Source: a virus
IMG/VR virus record: IMGVR_UViG_3300042887_004758
Span: 45,982 to 109,981 of that record
Direction: 5' to 3' (one strand)
DNA: 64,000 bases
Positions 37,979 to 47,184 of this stretch are shown one piece after another; position 1 is the first letter of the stretch, and the number at the start of each line of letters is the position of its first letter. The translations under genes were made by a program, and so were the position numbers. The notes beneath the pieces were generated by a model. That model worked only from the letters and a program-made list of their open reading frames with translations. It searched no databases and had not been told where the DNA came from.

Positions 37979-39739
37979 TTAAGAGAAGTGTTCCGTAATT
38001 AAATTTAAGATTTCTTCGGCCACACTTCCGTCATCAACATTATCCCCCATAACGGTTTCAAAAATATCTTTTTTCTTGGTTAGAATATCATAAATCGCAC
38101 CTTCAATCGTATTTTCAAAGATCGGATAATAAACGCTGACTTTGTTGTTTTGTCCAATCCTGTAAGCCCTGTCCTCAGCTTGAGAATGATCTGACGGGAC
38201 AAATGATAGGTCGTTCATTATCACCACCTCGGCGGCGGTTAAGGTAATACCGACACCGGCAGCTTTTAAATTTCCGATAAAAACTTTAACATTTTCATCG
38301 TTTTGAAATTTGTCCACCGCTTCTTGTCTCTTTGTTTTGGAACAAGATCCATCAAGATAAACACAATCTTTTTTGTAATAATCCACAAACTGATTTAAAG
38401 TGTCGGTAAAATTGGTAAAGATAATCACCTTTTTTTCCTGATCTATTGCCGAGTTTGCAATTTCTATTGTATTTTGTATTTTTTCTTGGGCGATTATCTG
38501 TCTGACCTTCATTAATTTGGAGAACTGAAGTGCCAAAGATTTGGATTCCTCACTATTTCTATACCACTCATAATATTCACCCATCAAACTCTTATATAAG
38601 TTGGATTGTAGATTCAAATAGACGGGTGTTCTAATTTTATCGGGAAGATCCAAGATGTCTTCTTTTAATCTTCTTAAGATGGTGGGTTGAGTTCTTTCTC
38701 GGAGTTCTTCAAGATTTGATGCTCCGTTTACATTCCATATCAACCTGTTTCCTGCTCTGAATTGAAATCCGTTACAATACCTTCTTACATATGCCATCCA
38801 ATTTTGAGCAACGGAAGAGTCAACCAACTCCAAAAGGTTAAAATAGTTAATCGGTCTTGAGGTAAGTGGGGTTCCTGTAAGCAACCAAACCCGACCAATT
38901 TTTTCTGCCACATCATTACAAAGTTTGGTTCTCGCTGCTTTTTTATTTTGAATATAATGTGCTTCATCAATAATAACCAAATCAAAGTTTTCTTTAAGAA
39001 TGGTAGAGTTTTCTCTATTTGATTCATCGTGGAAGTTTTTGATGATATCATAATTTACAATTACATAATCAGCACTTTCCCACTTTTTCCCTTCAACTAT
39101 TGATATGGTTTTATCGGTATAGTTTTTAATTTCTCTATACCAATTGATCTTCAAAGAGGCGGGACAAATAATTAAAACCTTCTTGGATTCAACTTCCAAA
39201 GATGCAATTACTGTTGAGGTTGTTTTTCCAAGACCCATATCGTCAGCCAATATAAACTTATCATTAGAAACCAATTTTTCGATTGCGATTTTTTGGTGTT
39301 CCATAGGTGGTCGGACAGAATACTTATCATAGTCTATTTTTACCTCTTTTTGTTTCTTCAACAAACTGGCTTTTGGTAAATAGAAGTCGTGTAAATCTTC
39401 ACTTTCAAAAAACTTCCCCCACACATGAAACGCCTTATCACCCTCAACCAATAGTTTTTCAATATAAACTTGTTTTGGTGGTTCGGATAATAATTTATCA
39501 AGAAATATTTTCTCTGAAAAATAAAAATCAATATCAACCCACTTTCTGGCGACCTTTGGGGTTTTGTCGTGGTTTTCTAAAATATATGTCGCTTGGTTTT
39601 TGGAGATCTTAAAGTTCTTTTGATTTTTTGAACTTTTTTTTAATTTCAGGATATAATTATTGGAACCTTCATAGGTGTCCAAAATTGACATCGCCTTAAC
39701 TTCAGGCAAATTATGTGTCTTGGATGTTTTTTCTCCCAT
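37979..39739 (-). CDS. SNF2-family helicase/ATPase (SMARCAL1-like)
   Basis: LADDMGLGKT, DEAH, LTGTP, LRRLK, AGVGITLT, QAEDRAYRIGQ. Confidence 0.92.
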   Translation of the reverse strand: MGEKTSKTHNLPEVKAMSILDTYEGSNNYILKLKKSSKNQKNFKISKNQATYILENHDKTPKVARKWVDIDFYFSEKIFLDKLLSEPPKQVYIEKLLVEGDKAFHVWGKFFESEDLHDFYLPKASLLKKQKEVKIDYDKYSVRPPMEHQKIAIEKLVSNDKFILADDMGLGKTTSTVIASLEVESKKVLIICPASLKINWYREIKNYTDKTISIVEGKKWESADYVIVNYDIIKNFHDESNRENSTILKENFDLVIIDEAHYIQNKKAARTKLCNDVAEKIGRVWLLTGTPLTSRPINYFNLLELVDSSVAQNWMAYVRRYCNGFQFRAGNRLIWNVNGASNLEELRERTQPTILRRLKEDILDLPDKIRTPVYLNLQSNLYKSLMGEYYEWYRNSEESKSLALQFSKLMKVRQIIAQEKIQNTIEIANSAIDQEKKVIIFTNFTDTLNQFVDYYKKDCVYLDGSCSKTKRQEAVDKFQNDENVKVFIGNLKAAGVGITLTAAEVVIMNDLSFVPSDHSQAEDRAYRIGQNNKVSVYYPIFENTIEGAIYDILTKKKDIFETVMGDNVDDGSVAEEILNLITEHFS

Positions 39740-39768
39740 AACGTAATAAAAAATAGTTTATTTTTGTG

Positions 39769-39775
39769 TATTTAT
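39769..39775 (+). promoter_or_regulatory. TATTTAT putative late promoter
   Basis: 7 nt upstream of ATG 39783. Confidence 0.6.
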
Positions 39776-39782
39776 CAATAAT

Positions 39783-40256
39783 ATGAAAGACCTGATCAAA
39801 AAAATATTAAAAGAGGAAACATCAGATCTCAAACCCGCATTGATTAAAGCATTCTATGGTTTCATGGAAATGGAGACACAAGGTTATGAGATTTATGTTG
39901 ATATTCCTGAAAACAGATTTAGATACAATCCTGAGTCCATTTGGATCATCAATCCAAAGACCAAAGGATGGATTATAGGATTACTAAAATCAGGAAAACT
40001 TTGGTATTATGGCCCACTTTACGACAATTTTTTAAATTGGTTTAATGAGGAACGTTCTGTATTTGAACAACTTATAAGGATGTGGGTGGAGGACGTTCTC
40101 AAAAGAGGGGTATTAACAATTCCGGTCCCAATGCCGGCAGCGATCCGTTCGGTGGGGGACGTTCTCAAAAGAGGGATATTAACAACACGGTTTCACTTCG
40201 CTCCAGGGGACGACCGGGTGGAAGACGTTCTCAAAAAAGGAATTAAAATATCATGA
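39783..40256 (+). CDS. Hypothetical protein with MKDLIKKILKEET leader and C-terminal 22-aa repeats containing hypervariable segments
   Basis: Paralog of the next ORF; three VxDVLK(R/K)G units. Confidence 0.8.
   Translation: MKDLIKKILKEETSDLKPALIKAFYGFMEMETQGYEIYVDIPENRFRYNPESIWIINPKTKGWIIGLLKSGKLWYYGPLYDNFLNWFNEERSVFEQLIRMWVEDVLKRGVLTIPVPMPAAIRSVGDVLKRGILTTRFHFAPGDDRVEDVLKKGIKIS
40085..40250 (+). repeat. In-frame repeat/spacer array: 35-nt repeats, 31-nt unique segments, 66-nt period
   Basis: Repeats start at 40085, 40151 and 40217 (GGTGG(A/G)(G/A)GACGTTCTCAAAA...); the first two are 33/35 identical. Confidence 0.9.
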
Positions 40257-40660
40257 AAGACCTAATCAAGAAAATATTAAAAGAGGAAACATCGGATATC
40301 AAACCGTCTTTGATCAGAGCATTCTATACTTTCATGGAGATGGAAATGGAGGGTTATAACATTTATGTAGATACTCCTGAAAATAGATTTGAATACAATC
40401 CTGAATCCATTTGGATTATAAATCCAGACACTAAAGGATGGATTATAGGATTTAAAAGGTTCGGAAAACTTTGGTATAACACTCAACTTTACGAAAATTT
40501 TTTAATTTGGTTTAAGGAGGACAAATCTGTATTTGAACAACTTATAACGATGTGGGTGGAGGACTTTCTAAGAAGAAAAGTGTCAACAATACGAATGATT
40601 TACACCGATATGAATCCCGAGGTGGAGGACGTTCTCATTACAGGAATTGAACTACAATGA
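40253..40660 (+). CDS. Paralog of 39783 with one fewer 22-aa unit
   Basis: Colinear with the previous ORF; 135 vs 157 aa; repeats start at 40555 and 40621. Confidence 0.8.
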   Translation: MKDLIKKILKEETSDIKPSLIRAFYTFMEMEMEGYNIYVDTPENRFEYNPESIWIINPDTKGWIIGFKRFGKLWYNTQLYENFLIWFKEDKSVFEQLITMWVEDFLRRKVSTIRMIYTDMNPEVEDVLITGIELQ

Positions 40661-41130
40661 AAGACTTAATCAAAAAAATTTTAAAAGAGGAAACAGAAGA
40701 GGTATTGGTAATACCGGGTTTTAATATTTTTCTTGATGGTGAAGAAGGATTACTTAATTTTTTGAGAAAATACGGTCATAAAAAATGGTCATTTAATGAT
40801 GATTTAGATTTTTTCAACAGAAAAATTCTTGTAACTCTTTTTGATAACCCTGAAGACCTAAAATATTTAAATAATTTGGTTGATGTTTATGGTGAACTTG
40901 ATCTTTATAGGGTTAAAGATTTAAAAAGTTTAAATAATTTAAAACGTGTGTATGGTAATATGGATATTCGTGGAACTTCAATCACATCGTTAGATAGTTT
41001 GGAATATGTTGAAGGTGCTTTAAGGGTTAATTCAAAACTTATTGAACCAATTCTTGAACGAATAAAGTCAGGGAAACTTAAAGTTGAGGAACTATATCAT
41101 TATTTCGACCAAGTACCACTACCCGAATAA
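40657..41130 (+). CDS. Leucine-rich repeat (L-domain-like) protein with MKDLIKKILKEET leader
   Basis: LKYLNNLVDVYGELDL / LKSLNNLKRVYGNMDI / ITSLDSLEYVEGALRV repeats. Confidence 0.75.
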   Translation: MKDLIKKILKEETEEVLVIPGFNIFLDGEEGLLNFLRKYGHKKWSFNDDLDFFNRKILVTLFDNPEDLKYLNNLVDVYGELDLYRVKDLKSLNNLKRVYGNMDIRGTSITSLDSLEYVEGALRVNSKLIEPILERIKSGKLKVEELYHYFDQVPLPE

Positions 41131-41145
41131 AAAACTTATTTTCAA

Positions 41146-41153
41146 TATTTATA
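41146..41153 (+). promoter_or_regulatory. TATTTATA putative late promoter
   Basis: 4 nt upstream of ATG 41158. Confidence 0.6.
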
Positions 41154-41157
41154 GTGT

Positions 41158-41670
41158 ATGAATAGAAAAGTACCTATAAACAGGCTTTCAAAATTTTTTG
41201 GTGATAAAGATTTTTCTTTAGAATTAGAGATGGGTCAAGAATGGCTCTATGGTGATATGAACTTTACATTAGTTTTATATCAAATAGATCAGTCCAAAAC
41301 AAAAAAAAGTAATGTTTACGGTGAAGTAGAAGAAGATGGAATTGTTTATAAAACACCCGTTGAATTCAAAGGTTATGTAAGAGTTATGGAACCCCAAAAT
41401 GAAAACTTGGGATCCACCAAACTCAGAAACTTAGAACCTGGAAATATTCAAATATCTGTTTATATTTCAGAACTTGAAGAGTTGGGTATAGACATAAAAT
41501 ATGGTGATTATATCGGTTATTATGAAACCGAATCAAGAGTCAGATATTATACTGTAGTAAACGACGGAAAAGTAACTTCAGACAATAAACACACTTACGG
41601 AGGGGTATATCCTTATTATAGGACAATTATTGCTTCACCCGTTAAGGACAACGAATTTAGAGGAAACTGA
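41158..41670 (+). CDS. Head-closure / neck protein (gp14-like)
   Basis: SNVYGE, PVEF, IKYGDYIGY pattern; position upstream of the tail terminator and sheath. Confidence 0.6.
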   Translation: MNRKVPINRLSKFFGDKDFSLELEMGQEWLYGDMNFTLVLYQIDQSKTKKSNVYGEVEEDGIVYKTPVEFKGYVRVMEPQNENLGSTKLRNLEPGNIQISVYISELEELGIDIKYGDYIGYYETESRVRYYTVVNDGKVTSDNKHTYGGVYPYYRTIIASPVKDNEFRGN

Positions 41671-42707
41671 TGGGATTTCCAAAGAAGATAAAGAAGAAAA
41701 TTGACTTAGTTCCTGATAAGATACTTCTTGATAGGAGGGAACAACTTTTGGATTATATTACAGAAGATGGAACTTATCTTCCCAAAAGTATTCTACACGA
41801 AGATCTTGATTTGGGAATGTTGGAGTTTGTGAAGAATGATCTTTCAACCGTTGTGTCAGGAAAAAAAATACCCACCATTGATATTATCATTACGACTCAG
41901 AATTGGGCACAATTTGCTGAAACTTGGAATTTTACGGATTTAGATGAAAATATAAATCCACCCTTTATCGCTACTGTTAGAAACCCTGATGTAAAATTCG
42001 GAACCAATCCGGCTCTGAAATATAACATTCCAAACAAAAAAATGTTTTATTATGCCAAGGTTCCAACGTGGGATGGAAACAGAAAAGGTATGGATATTTA
42101 CAAAATACCTCAACCTGTTCCTGTTGATATAACATTCAATGTCAAGATTTTTTGTAATAGAATGACTGAGTTGAATGCATTTAACAAAGTCGTTGTTTCT
42201 AAATTTGCTTCACGACAGGCTTATACATTTATTAAGGGTCACTATATTCCGATTATATTAGAAAATGTTTCGGATGAATCTGTTTTGGATTTGGAAAAAA
42301 GAAAGTACTATATTCAAGATTATAGTTTTACAATGCTTGGGTTTTTGATTGATGAAAAAGAGTTTGAGGTCTATCCAGCCATTAATAGAATCCTTCAGAT
42401 GGTTGAGGTGGTCCCTCCAAAAAGAAAGAGGCAAAAATTTGTTGTTCCTGATTTAAGAGATTCTAACTTTTCTTTTTCTTACTTAAATGGGCTTACAACT
42501 TTAAGTCAAAAATTTGATTTCAATGCCGATCTGACCTTTGGTGATTTAATCAATGTTGAAAGTTACTATGTCTACGTCAATAATGAATATTTTGGTGAAA
42601 ACTCTCCTTTAGTTTTTGTAAATAATGGTGATATTGTTTCGATTACCATTAGGAAGGTGGACGATAATGAAGATAGTAAAATTATGGTGACATCAAAGTT
42701 GATTTGA
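41670..42707 (+). CDS. Tail terminator / sheath stabiliser (gp15-like)
   Basis: PQPVPVDITFNVKIF...ELNAF; directly upstream of the sheath gene. Confidence 0.65.
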   Translation: MGFPKKIKKKIDLVPDKILLDRREQLLDYITEDGTYLPKSILHEDLDLGMLEFVKNDLSTVVSGKKIPTIDIIITTQNWAQFAETWNFTDLDENINPPFIATVRNPDVKFGTNPALKYNIPNKKMFYYAKVPTWDGNRKGMDIYKIPQPVPVDITFNVKIFCNRMTELNAFNKVVVSKFASRQAYTFIKGHYIPIILENVSDESVLDLEKRKYYIQDYSFTMLGFLIDEKEFEVYPAINRILQMVEVVPPKRKRQKFVVPDLRDSNFSFSYLNGLTTLSQKFDFNADLTFGDLINVESYYVYVNNEYFGENSPLVFVNNGDIVSITIRKVDDNEDSKIMVTSKLI

Positions 42708-42848
42708 TCATTCACCATATATGTCTTTCTTTTTTTTACAATTATCCGTAATTAATTTTTCCACAAATTTGTGTATTTTAATACCATTCTTCATACAGTA
42801 ATTTTTTAATACTAAATGATGTTCTTCTGATATTTTTATATTCTTCAT
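42708..42848 (-). CDS. Small ribbon-helix-helix-like DNA-binding protein (46 aa; not in ORF track)
   Basis: My translation: MKNIKISEEHHLVLKNYCMKNGIKIHKFVEKLITDNCKKKKDIYGE*; strand-helix-G-helix pattern. Confidence 0.6.
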   Translation of the reverse strand: MKNIKISEEHHLVLKNYCMKNGIKIHKFVEKLITDNCKKKKDIYGE

Positions 42849-42958
42849 GTAGAAAATATACGTTAATGACGTATTAAATCAAGGATAAAAAAAGAAGAAA
42901 AAATTATCTTTTTTTGAAAATTTGTTTTGTAACCCCATTCTTTTGAGATTTTCCATAA

Positions 42959-42965
42959 TATTTAT
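42959..42965 (+). promoter_or_regulatory. TATTTAT putative late promoter of the sheath gene
   Basis: 34 nt upstream of ATG 43000, followed by an A-rich leader. Confidence 0.55.
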
Positions 42966-42999
42966 GAAAAAATAAAAGTAAAGAATTTTTAATCAAAAA

Positions 43000-45900
43000 A
43001 TGGCAACAGCAAATTCAGTATTCGTATCTCCTGGAGTATATACTTCAGAACGAGACTTATCATTTGTGGCTCAAAGTGTTGGTGTTACCACATTAGGTCT
43101 CGTCGGTGAGACTTTACAGGGACCCGCGTTTGAACCCGTCTTCATCAGAAATTTCGATGAATTCCAATTGTATTTTGGAGGAACCAATCCAACCAAATTT
43201 GTAAACACTCAAATCCCAAAATATGAAGCGGCTTATATAGCTAAAGCATATCTTCAACAATCTAATCAACTTTTTGTAACAAGAATTTTGGGTCTTTCGG
43301 GATATGATGCTGGACCATCTTGGTCTATCAAAACAATATCTAATCCCGATGTGAACACCATAGGTCTTTCTTCTGACTTGGGCACCTTTGGTTTCACTTT
43401 CGTCGGTACAACAGCATCAACCACTAGTATAACTATCACTCTTTCAGGTGGTGGTGCTAGTTCTTATATTTCAAGTGTCACTGGAAACACTGTAACTTTT
43501 GCAGATGGTACAAGTTCTACTATCTTGGATGAACTTGAGGGTTTTGCTTTTGATGTTATTTCCGATAATACTTTATCTGGTGATACAGCATATGTATATG
43601 GTTCTTTATCTGCCGGTACGTTCAACGCTCTCACCGCTGCTGGTTTCACTGAACTCGTCAATGTTTTTGGTTGTGATAATCTGAACGAGTCAAGTGCTGA
43701 TTTAACAGCAGTTAGTAATGACACTTGGTACTACGGTTTGTTTGAGTTGACAAATAATACATACTCAGGTCTTTCATTCTCTTCTCGTATTTCGACTCTT
43801 GTAACCAATGGTACAGGTTCGTATACAGGAACTTGTGTTGGTTTTGTGAACTCCTATACCGCTGACACTTATTCTGATTCACATGATTTGATCGTGGGTA
43901 CATTCAGATCTCGAGGAGTTTCTCAATACACCGATAATACTAATCCTACTTATGAGGTTACAGGAACTACCGATGTTGTTATGTTAGACAACTTGGATGG
44001 TATTTCACAAAATCCTTTCAACAATTTCACAGTTTCTGGTATTACCAAAGATTCTGTCACCTTCAGTTTCCAAACTTCTTTCCAATCATCGAATACCGAC
44101 TTTGTCGGAAAAGTATTTGGTAGATCTAACTTTAACAAAGATAGAACCGAGGTTCCTTTGTTCATCGAGGAGGAATATTCAGGTCTTTTAGCGACACTTT
44201 ACAACCAAGGTAAAGTTAGAGGTCTCTCTACAAGTTTGGTGTCGTTCGATTCCGCTCAAAGTTTGGATCCTAACACTATCGGTTGGTACTGTGAACAATA
44301 TCAGACACCCGCGACACCTTACGTGGTTTCAGAACTGCGTGGTGATATAGTGGAAAGATTGTTCAGATTTATTTCAATTTCTGACGGAAACAATGCAAAT
44401 AGACAAATTAAGATTTCTTTGGTCAACATGTCTTTCGCAAACAATAACTTTGACATTTTAGTTCGTGATTTCTACGACACAGATGAAAATCCTGTTGTTT
44501 TAGAGAGATTTGCAAACTGTACGATGAATGTTTCAAGTCCGAGCTACATCGCTCAGAAAGTCGGAACAGCTAATGGTGAATATGAGTTGAAATCTAAGTA
44601 CATCATGCTCGAATTAGTGGAGGGTCACCCAGTTGACGCACTTCCTTGTGGATTCGAAGGTTATATTTCGAGAAATTACTCAACAAATATTTCACCTTTC
44701 TTGGTCTATAAAACACAATACTACACACCTGGTCAACTTGTTTATACCCCTCCATTTAACATTCCTGTACTAACAGCGGGTGGTGGAGCTTCTAATGTAA
44801 GAAGTTCGGGAGATAAGGTAAGAAGAACTTACTTGGGTATTTCGAATGTACAAGGATTCGATGCTGACTTCTTCTCCTACAAAGGAAAACAATTACCTGA
44901 CAATATAGCTACTGACACCACCTCGGCAGATTGGAACTACCTAACTCAAGGTTTCCATATGGATGTTAATGCAAGTGCAATTACAATACCAAGTACTTAC
45001 GTCACTTCAGGTCAAACAGCTTACCAATGTGGTGTTGCTACCTTCCAAGCAGAACCAACATCTTCATCAAGTCCATACTATAAAATTTTCTCACGTAAAT
45101 TTACTATTTTACCGGCAGGTGGTTTTGACGGGTGGGACATCTACAGAGAATACAGAACTAACGCGGACGCTTACCAACTCGGAGATACAAAATATCTTCT
45201 TGGGGCCGCAGCAACGGCTCAATTCCCTGACGCGTCAGGATGGGGAGCATTCAAGAAAATTACCGATGGTGAAAACACAGAGTGGGCGAATACTGACTAC
45301 TACGCTTACCTCAAAGGTTTCCAAACATTCAATAATCCAGCGTCTGTCAACATCAACGTATTTGTAACACCGGGTATTGATTATGTAAATAACTTAGCTT
45401 TGGTACTAGACGCTATTGATATTGTAGAACAGGATAGAGCTGACTCGATTTACATTACCACTACACCCGATTATGAAATGTTTGTGTCATCCACCTCGAA
45501 TCCTGATGACTTCATCTACCCAACAGATGCGGTGGTTAATTTAGAGGACAGTGACATCGATTCGAACTATACCGCTACATACTACCCTTGGATTTTGGTA
45601 AAAGATAGTGTGAACAATACAAATCTTTGGATCCCACCAACATCTGAGGTTGTAAGGAACTTAGCTCTTACCGACAACATTGCTTTCCCTTGGTTTGCAT
45701 CGGCGGGTTACTCGAGAGGTTTGGTTAATGCGGTCAAAGCAAGAAGAAAACTCACACAAGAAGATAGAGACATCCTTTATCAAGGAAGAATCAACCCGAT
45801 CGCAACATTCTCTGATGTGGGTCCTGTGATTTGGGGTAATAAAACTCTCCAAGTTCGTGAGTCGGCACTTGACAGAATCAACGTAAGAAGATTGTTGTTA

Positions 45901-46182
45901 CAAGCTCGTAAGTTGATTTCAGCGGTTGCTGTGAGACTTCTCTTCGAACAAAACGACCAACAAGTTAGACAAGACTTCTTGGACGCAGTCAATCCAATCT
46001 TGGATGGTATAAGAAGGGACAGAGGTTTGACGGACTTCAGAGTGACGGTTTCAAGTTCTCCTGAAGATATTGATAGAAACCAATTGACTGGTAAGATTTA
46101 CATCAAACCAACAAGATCTTTGGAATTTATTGACATCGAATTTGTAATCACACCAACAGGTGCATCATTCGAAAATATCTAA
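43000..46182 (+). CDS. Contractile tail sheath protein (gp18-like)
   Basis: VSPGVYTSERDLS, YYPW, PWFASAGYSRG, RINPI, WGNKTL, RINVRRLL, IKPTRSLEFI. Confidence 0.95.
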   Translation: MATANSVFVSPGVYTSERDLSFVAQSVGVTTLGLVGETLQGPAFEPVFIRNFDEFQLYFGGTNPTKFVNTQIPKYEAAYIAKAYLQQSNQLFVTRILGLSGYDAGPSWSIKTISNPDVNTIGLSSDLGTFGFTFVGTTASTTSITITLSGGGASSYISSVTGNTVTFADGTSSTILDELEGFAFDVISDNTLSGDTAYVYGSLSAGTFNALTAAGFTELVNVFGCDNLNESSADLTAVSNDTWYYGLFELTNNTYSGLSFSSRISTLVTNGTGSYTGTCVGFVNSYTADTYSDSHDLIVGTFRSRGVSQYTDNTNPTYEVTGTTDVVMLDNLDGISQNPFNNFTVSGITKDSVTFSFQTSFQSSNTDFVGKVFGRSNFNKDRTEVPLFIEEEYSGLLATLYNQGKVRGLSTSLVSFDSAQSLDPNTIGWYCEQYQTPATPYVVSELRGDIVERLFRFISISDGNNANRQIKISLVNMSFANNNFDILVRDFYDTDENPVVLERFANCTMNVSSPSYIAQKVGTANGEYELKSKYIMLELVEGHPVDALPCGFEGYISRNYSTNISPFLVYKTQYYTPGQLVYTPPFNIPVLTAGGGASNVRSSGDKVRRTYLGISNVQGFDADFFSYKGKQLPDNIATDTTSADWNYLTQGFHMDVNASAITIPSTYVTSGQTAYQCGVATFQAEPTSSSSPYYKIFSRKFTILPAGGFDGWDIYREYRTNADAYQLGDTKYLLGAAATAQFPDASGWGAFKKITDGENTEWANTDYYAYLKGFQTFNNPASVNINVFVTPGIDYVNNLALVLDAIDIVEQDRADSIYITTTPDYEMFVSSTSNPDDFIYPTDAVVNLEDSDIDSNYTATYYPWILVKDSVNNTNLWIPPTSEVVRNLALTDNIAFPWFASAGYSRGLVNAVKARRKLTQEDRDILYQGRINPIATFSDVGPVIWGNKTLQVRESALDRINVRRLLLQARKLISAVAVRLLFEQNDQQVRQDFLDAVNPILDGIRRDRGLTDFRVTVSSSPEDIDRNQLTGKIYIKPTRSLEFIDIEFVITPTGASFENI

Positions 46183-46195
46183 ACAACTATTTAAT

Positions 46196-46226
46196 AAAAG
46201 GGGGAGAAAAGGTCTCCCCCTTTTTT
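46196..46226 (+). terminator. Rho-independent terminator after the sheath gene
   Basis: AAAAGGGGGAGA-aaagg-TCTCCCCCTTTTTT. Confidence 0.8.
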
Positions 46227-46231
46227 AAAAA

Positions 46232-47095
46232 ATGAAACTACTACGAAAAATAATATCAGAATATGTAGAGGAAAAAGTCCTCTCTGAAGGTTTTGATGAA
46301 GACTTGACCCCTGATTCAAAGTATTACGCTTTTGATTGGGACGACAATATTGTTTATATGCCGACCAAAATATTGGTTTTATCTGATGACAATAGAGAGG
46401 TAGGTATGGGTAGTGAAGATTTTGCAAAATACCGTGAACAAATCGGAAAAGAACCCTTTATTTATCACGGACTCACTATTGTTGGTTTTGCAAAAGATCC
46501 TTTTAGACATTTCTCAGTTGCTGGTGATAAACAATTTGTAATTGATGCACTTACCGCACCTCCCGGTCCGTCGTGGAACGACTTTGTAGAGTGTTTAAAT
46601 GGAGGATCTATATTTGCAATTATTACAGCAAGAGGTCACTCACCAAAAGCGATCCGAGAAGCTTGTAAAAATTATCTTCTGATGAACTACAATGGTTTGA
46701 ATGGAAATGTTTGTTACGAAAATTTAAAAAAATATCGTGAATTAACAGGTGAAGTTACAAACTCTTCAAAAACCCAAATGATAGACGAATACCTTAATTT
46801 GTGTAAATTTTATCCAGTGACATATGGAGAGGGAAGTGCTCAAAATCCGGAACAAGGTAAAATAAATGCATTAAGAGAATTCATAGGATATGTAAAAGAA
46901 ATGTCTGCAAAATTAAACAACAGAGCATTTTTCAAGAATGATGTAAAGAATTTTTTTGTACCCCAAATAGGATTTTCTGATGACGATCTTAGAAATATAG
47001 AAAAAATCAAAGGATTTCTAGAAAAAGAATATCCAGAAGAGAGTCCAGTAAAAGTTTTTGCAACACATGGAGGACAAAAAAAAGAAATAAAATAG
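46232..47095 (+). CDS. HAD-superfamily phosphatase with N-terminal leader
   Basis: FDWDDNI (motif I), ITARGH (II), GK (III), GFSDDD (IV). Confidence 0.75.
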   Translation: MKLLRKIISEYVEEKVLSEGFDEDLTPDSKYYAFDWDDNIVYMPTKILVLSDDNREVGMGSEDFAKYREQIGKEPFIYHGLTIVGFAKDPFRHFSVAGDKQFVIDALTAPPGPSWNDFVECLNGGSIFAIITARGHSPKAIREACKNYLLMNYNGLNGNVCYENLKKYRELTGEVTNSSKTQMIDEYLNLCKFYPVTYGEGSAQNPEQGKINALREFIGYVKEMSAKLNNRAFFKNDVKNFFVPQIGFSDDDLRNIEKIKGFLEKEYPEESPVKVFATHGGQKKEIK

Positions 47096-47104
47096 AAATT
47101 ATAA

Positions 47105-47112
47105 TATTTATA
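47105..47112 (+). promoter_or_regulatory. TATTTATA putative late promoter of the tail tube gene
   Basis: Upstream of a 72-nt A-rich leader. Confidence 0.55.
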
Positions 47113-47184
47113 ATTAAAATAAACAACCTAGTGAACTAACTAGATAAAGAAATAAAATAAACTGAATAAAAGTAAATAGAAAAT

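Noticed and set aside
40085-40250. Calling this a bona fide CRISPR array
   Set aside because: Only three repeats, exact 66-nt in-frame period inside a conserved ORF, and no leader or cas genes in the window; kept as a repeat and as a finding
39783-40660. Classical diversity-generating retroelement
   Set aside because: No reverse transcriptase or template repeat seen, and variation is not restricted to an adenine-type codon pattern; a remote RT cannot be excluded
47128-47143. Small hairpin CTAGT-gaacta-ACTAG in the tail tube leader
   Set aside because: Weak 5-bp stem; could be chance; no ncRNA features
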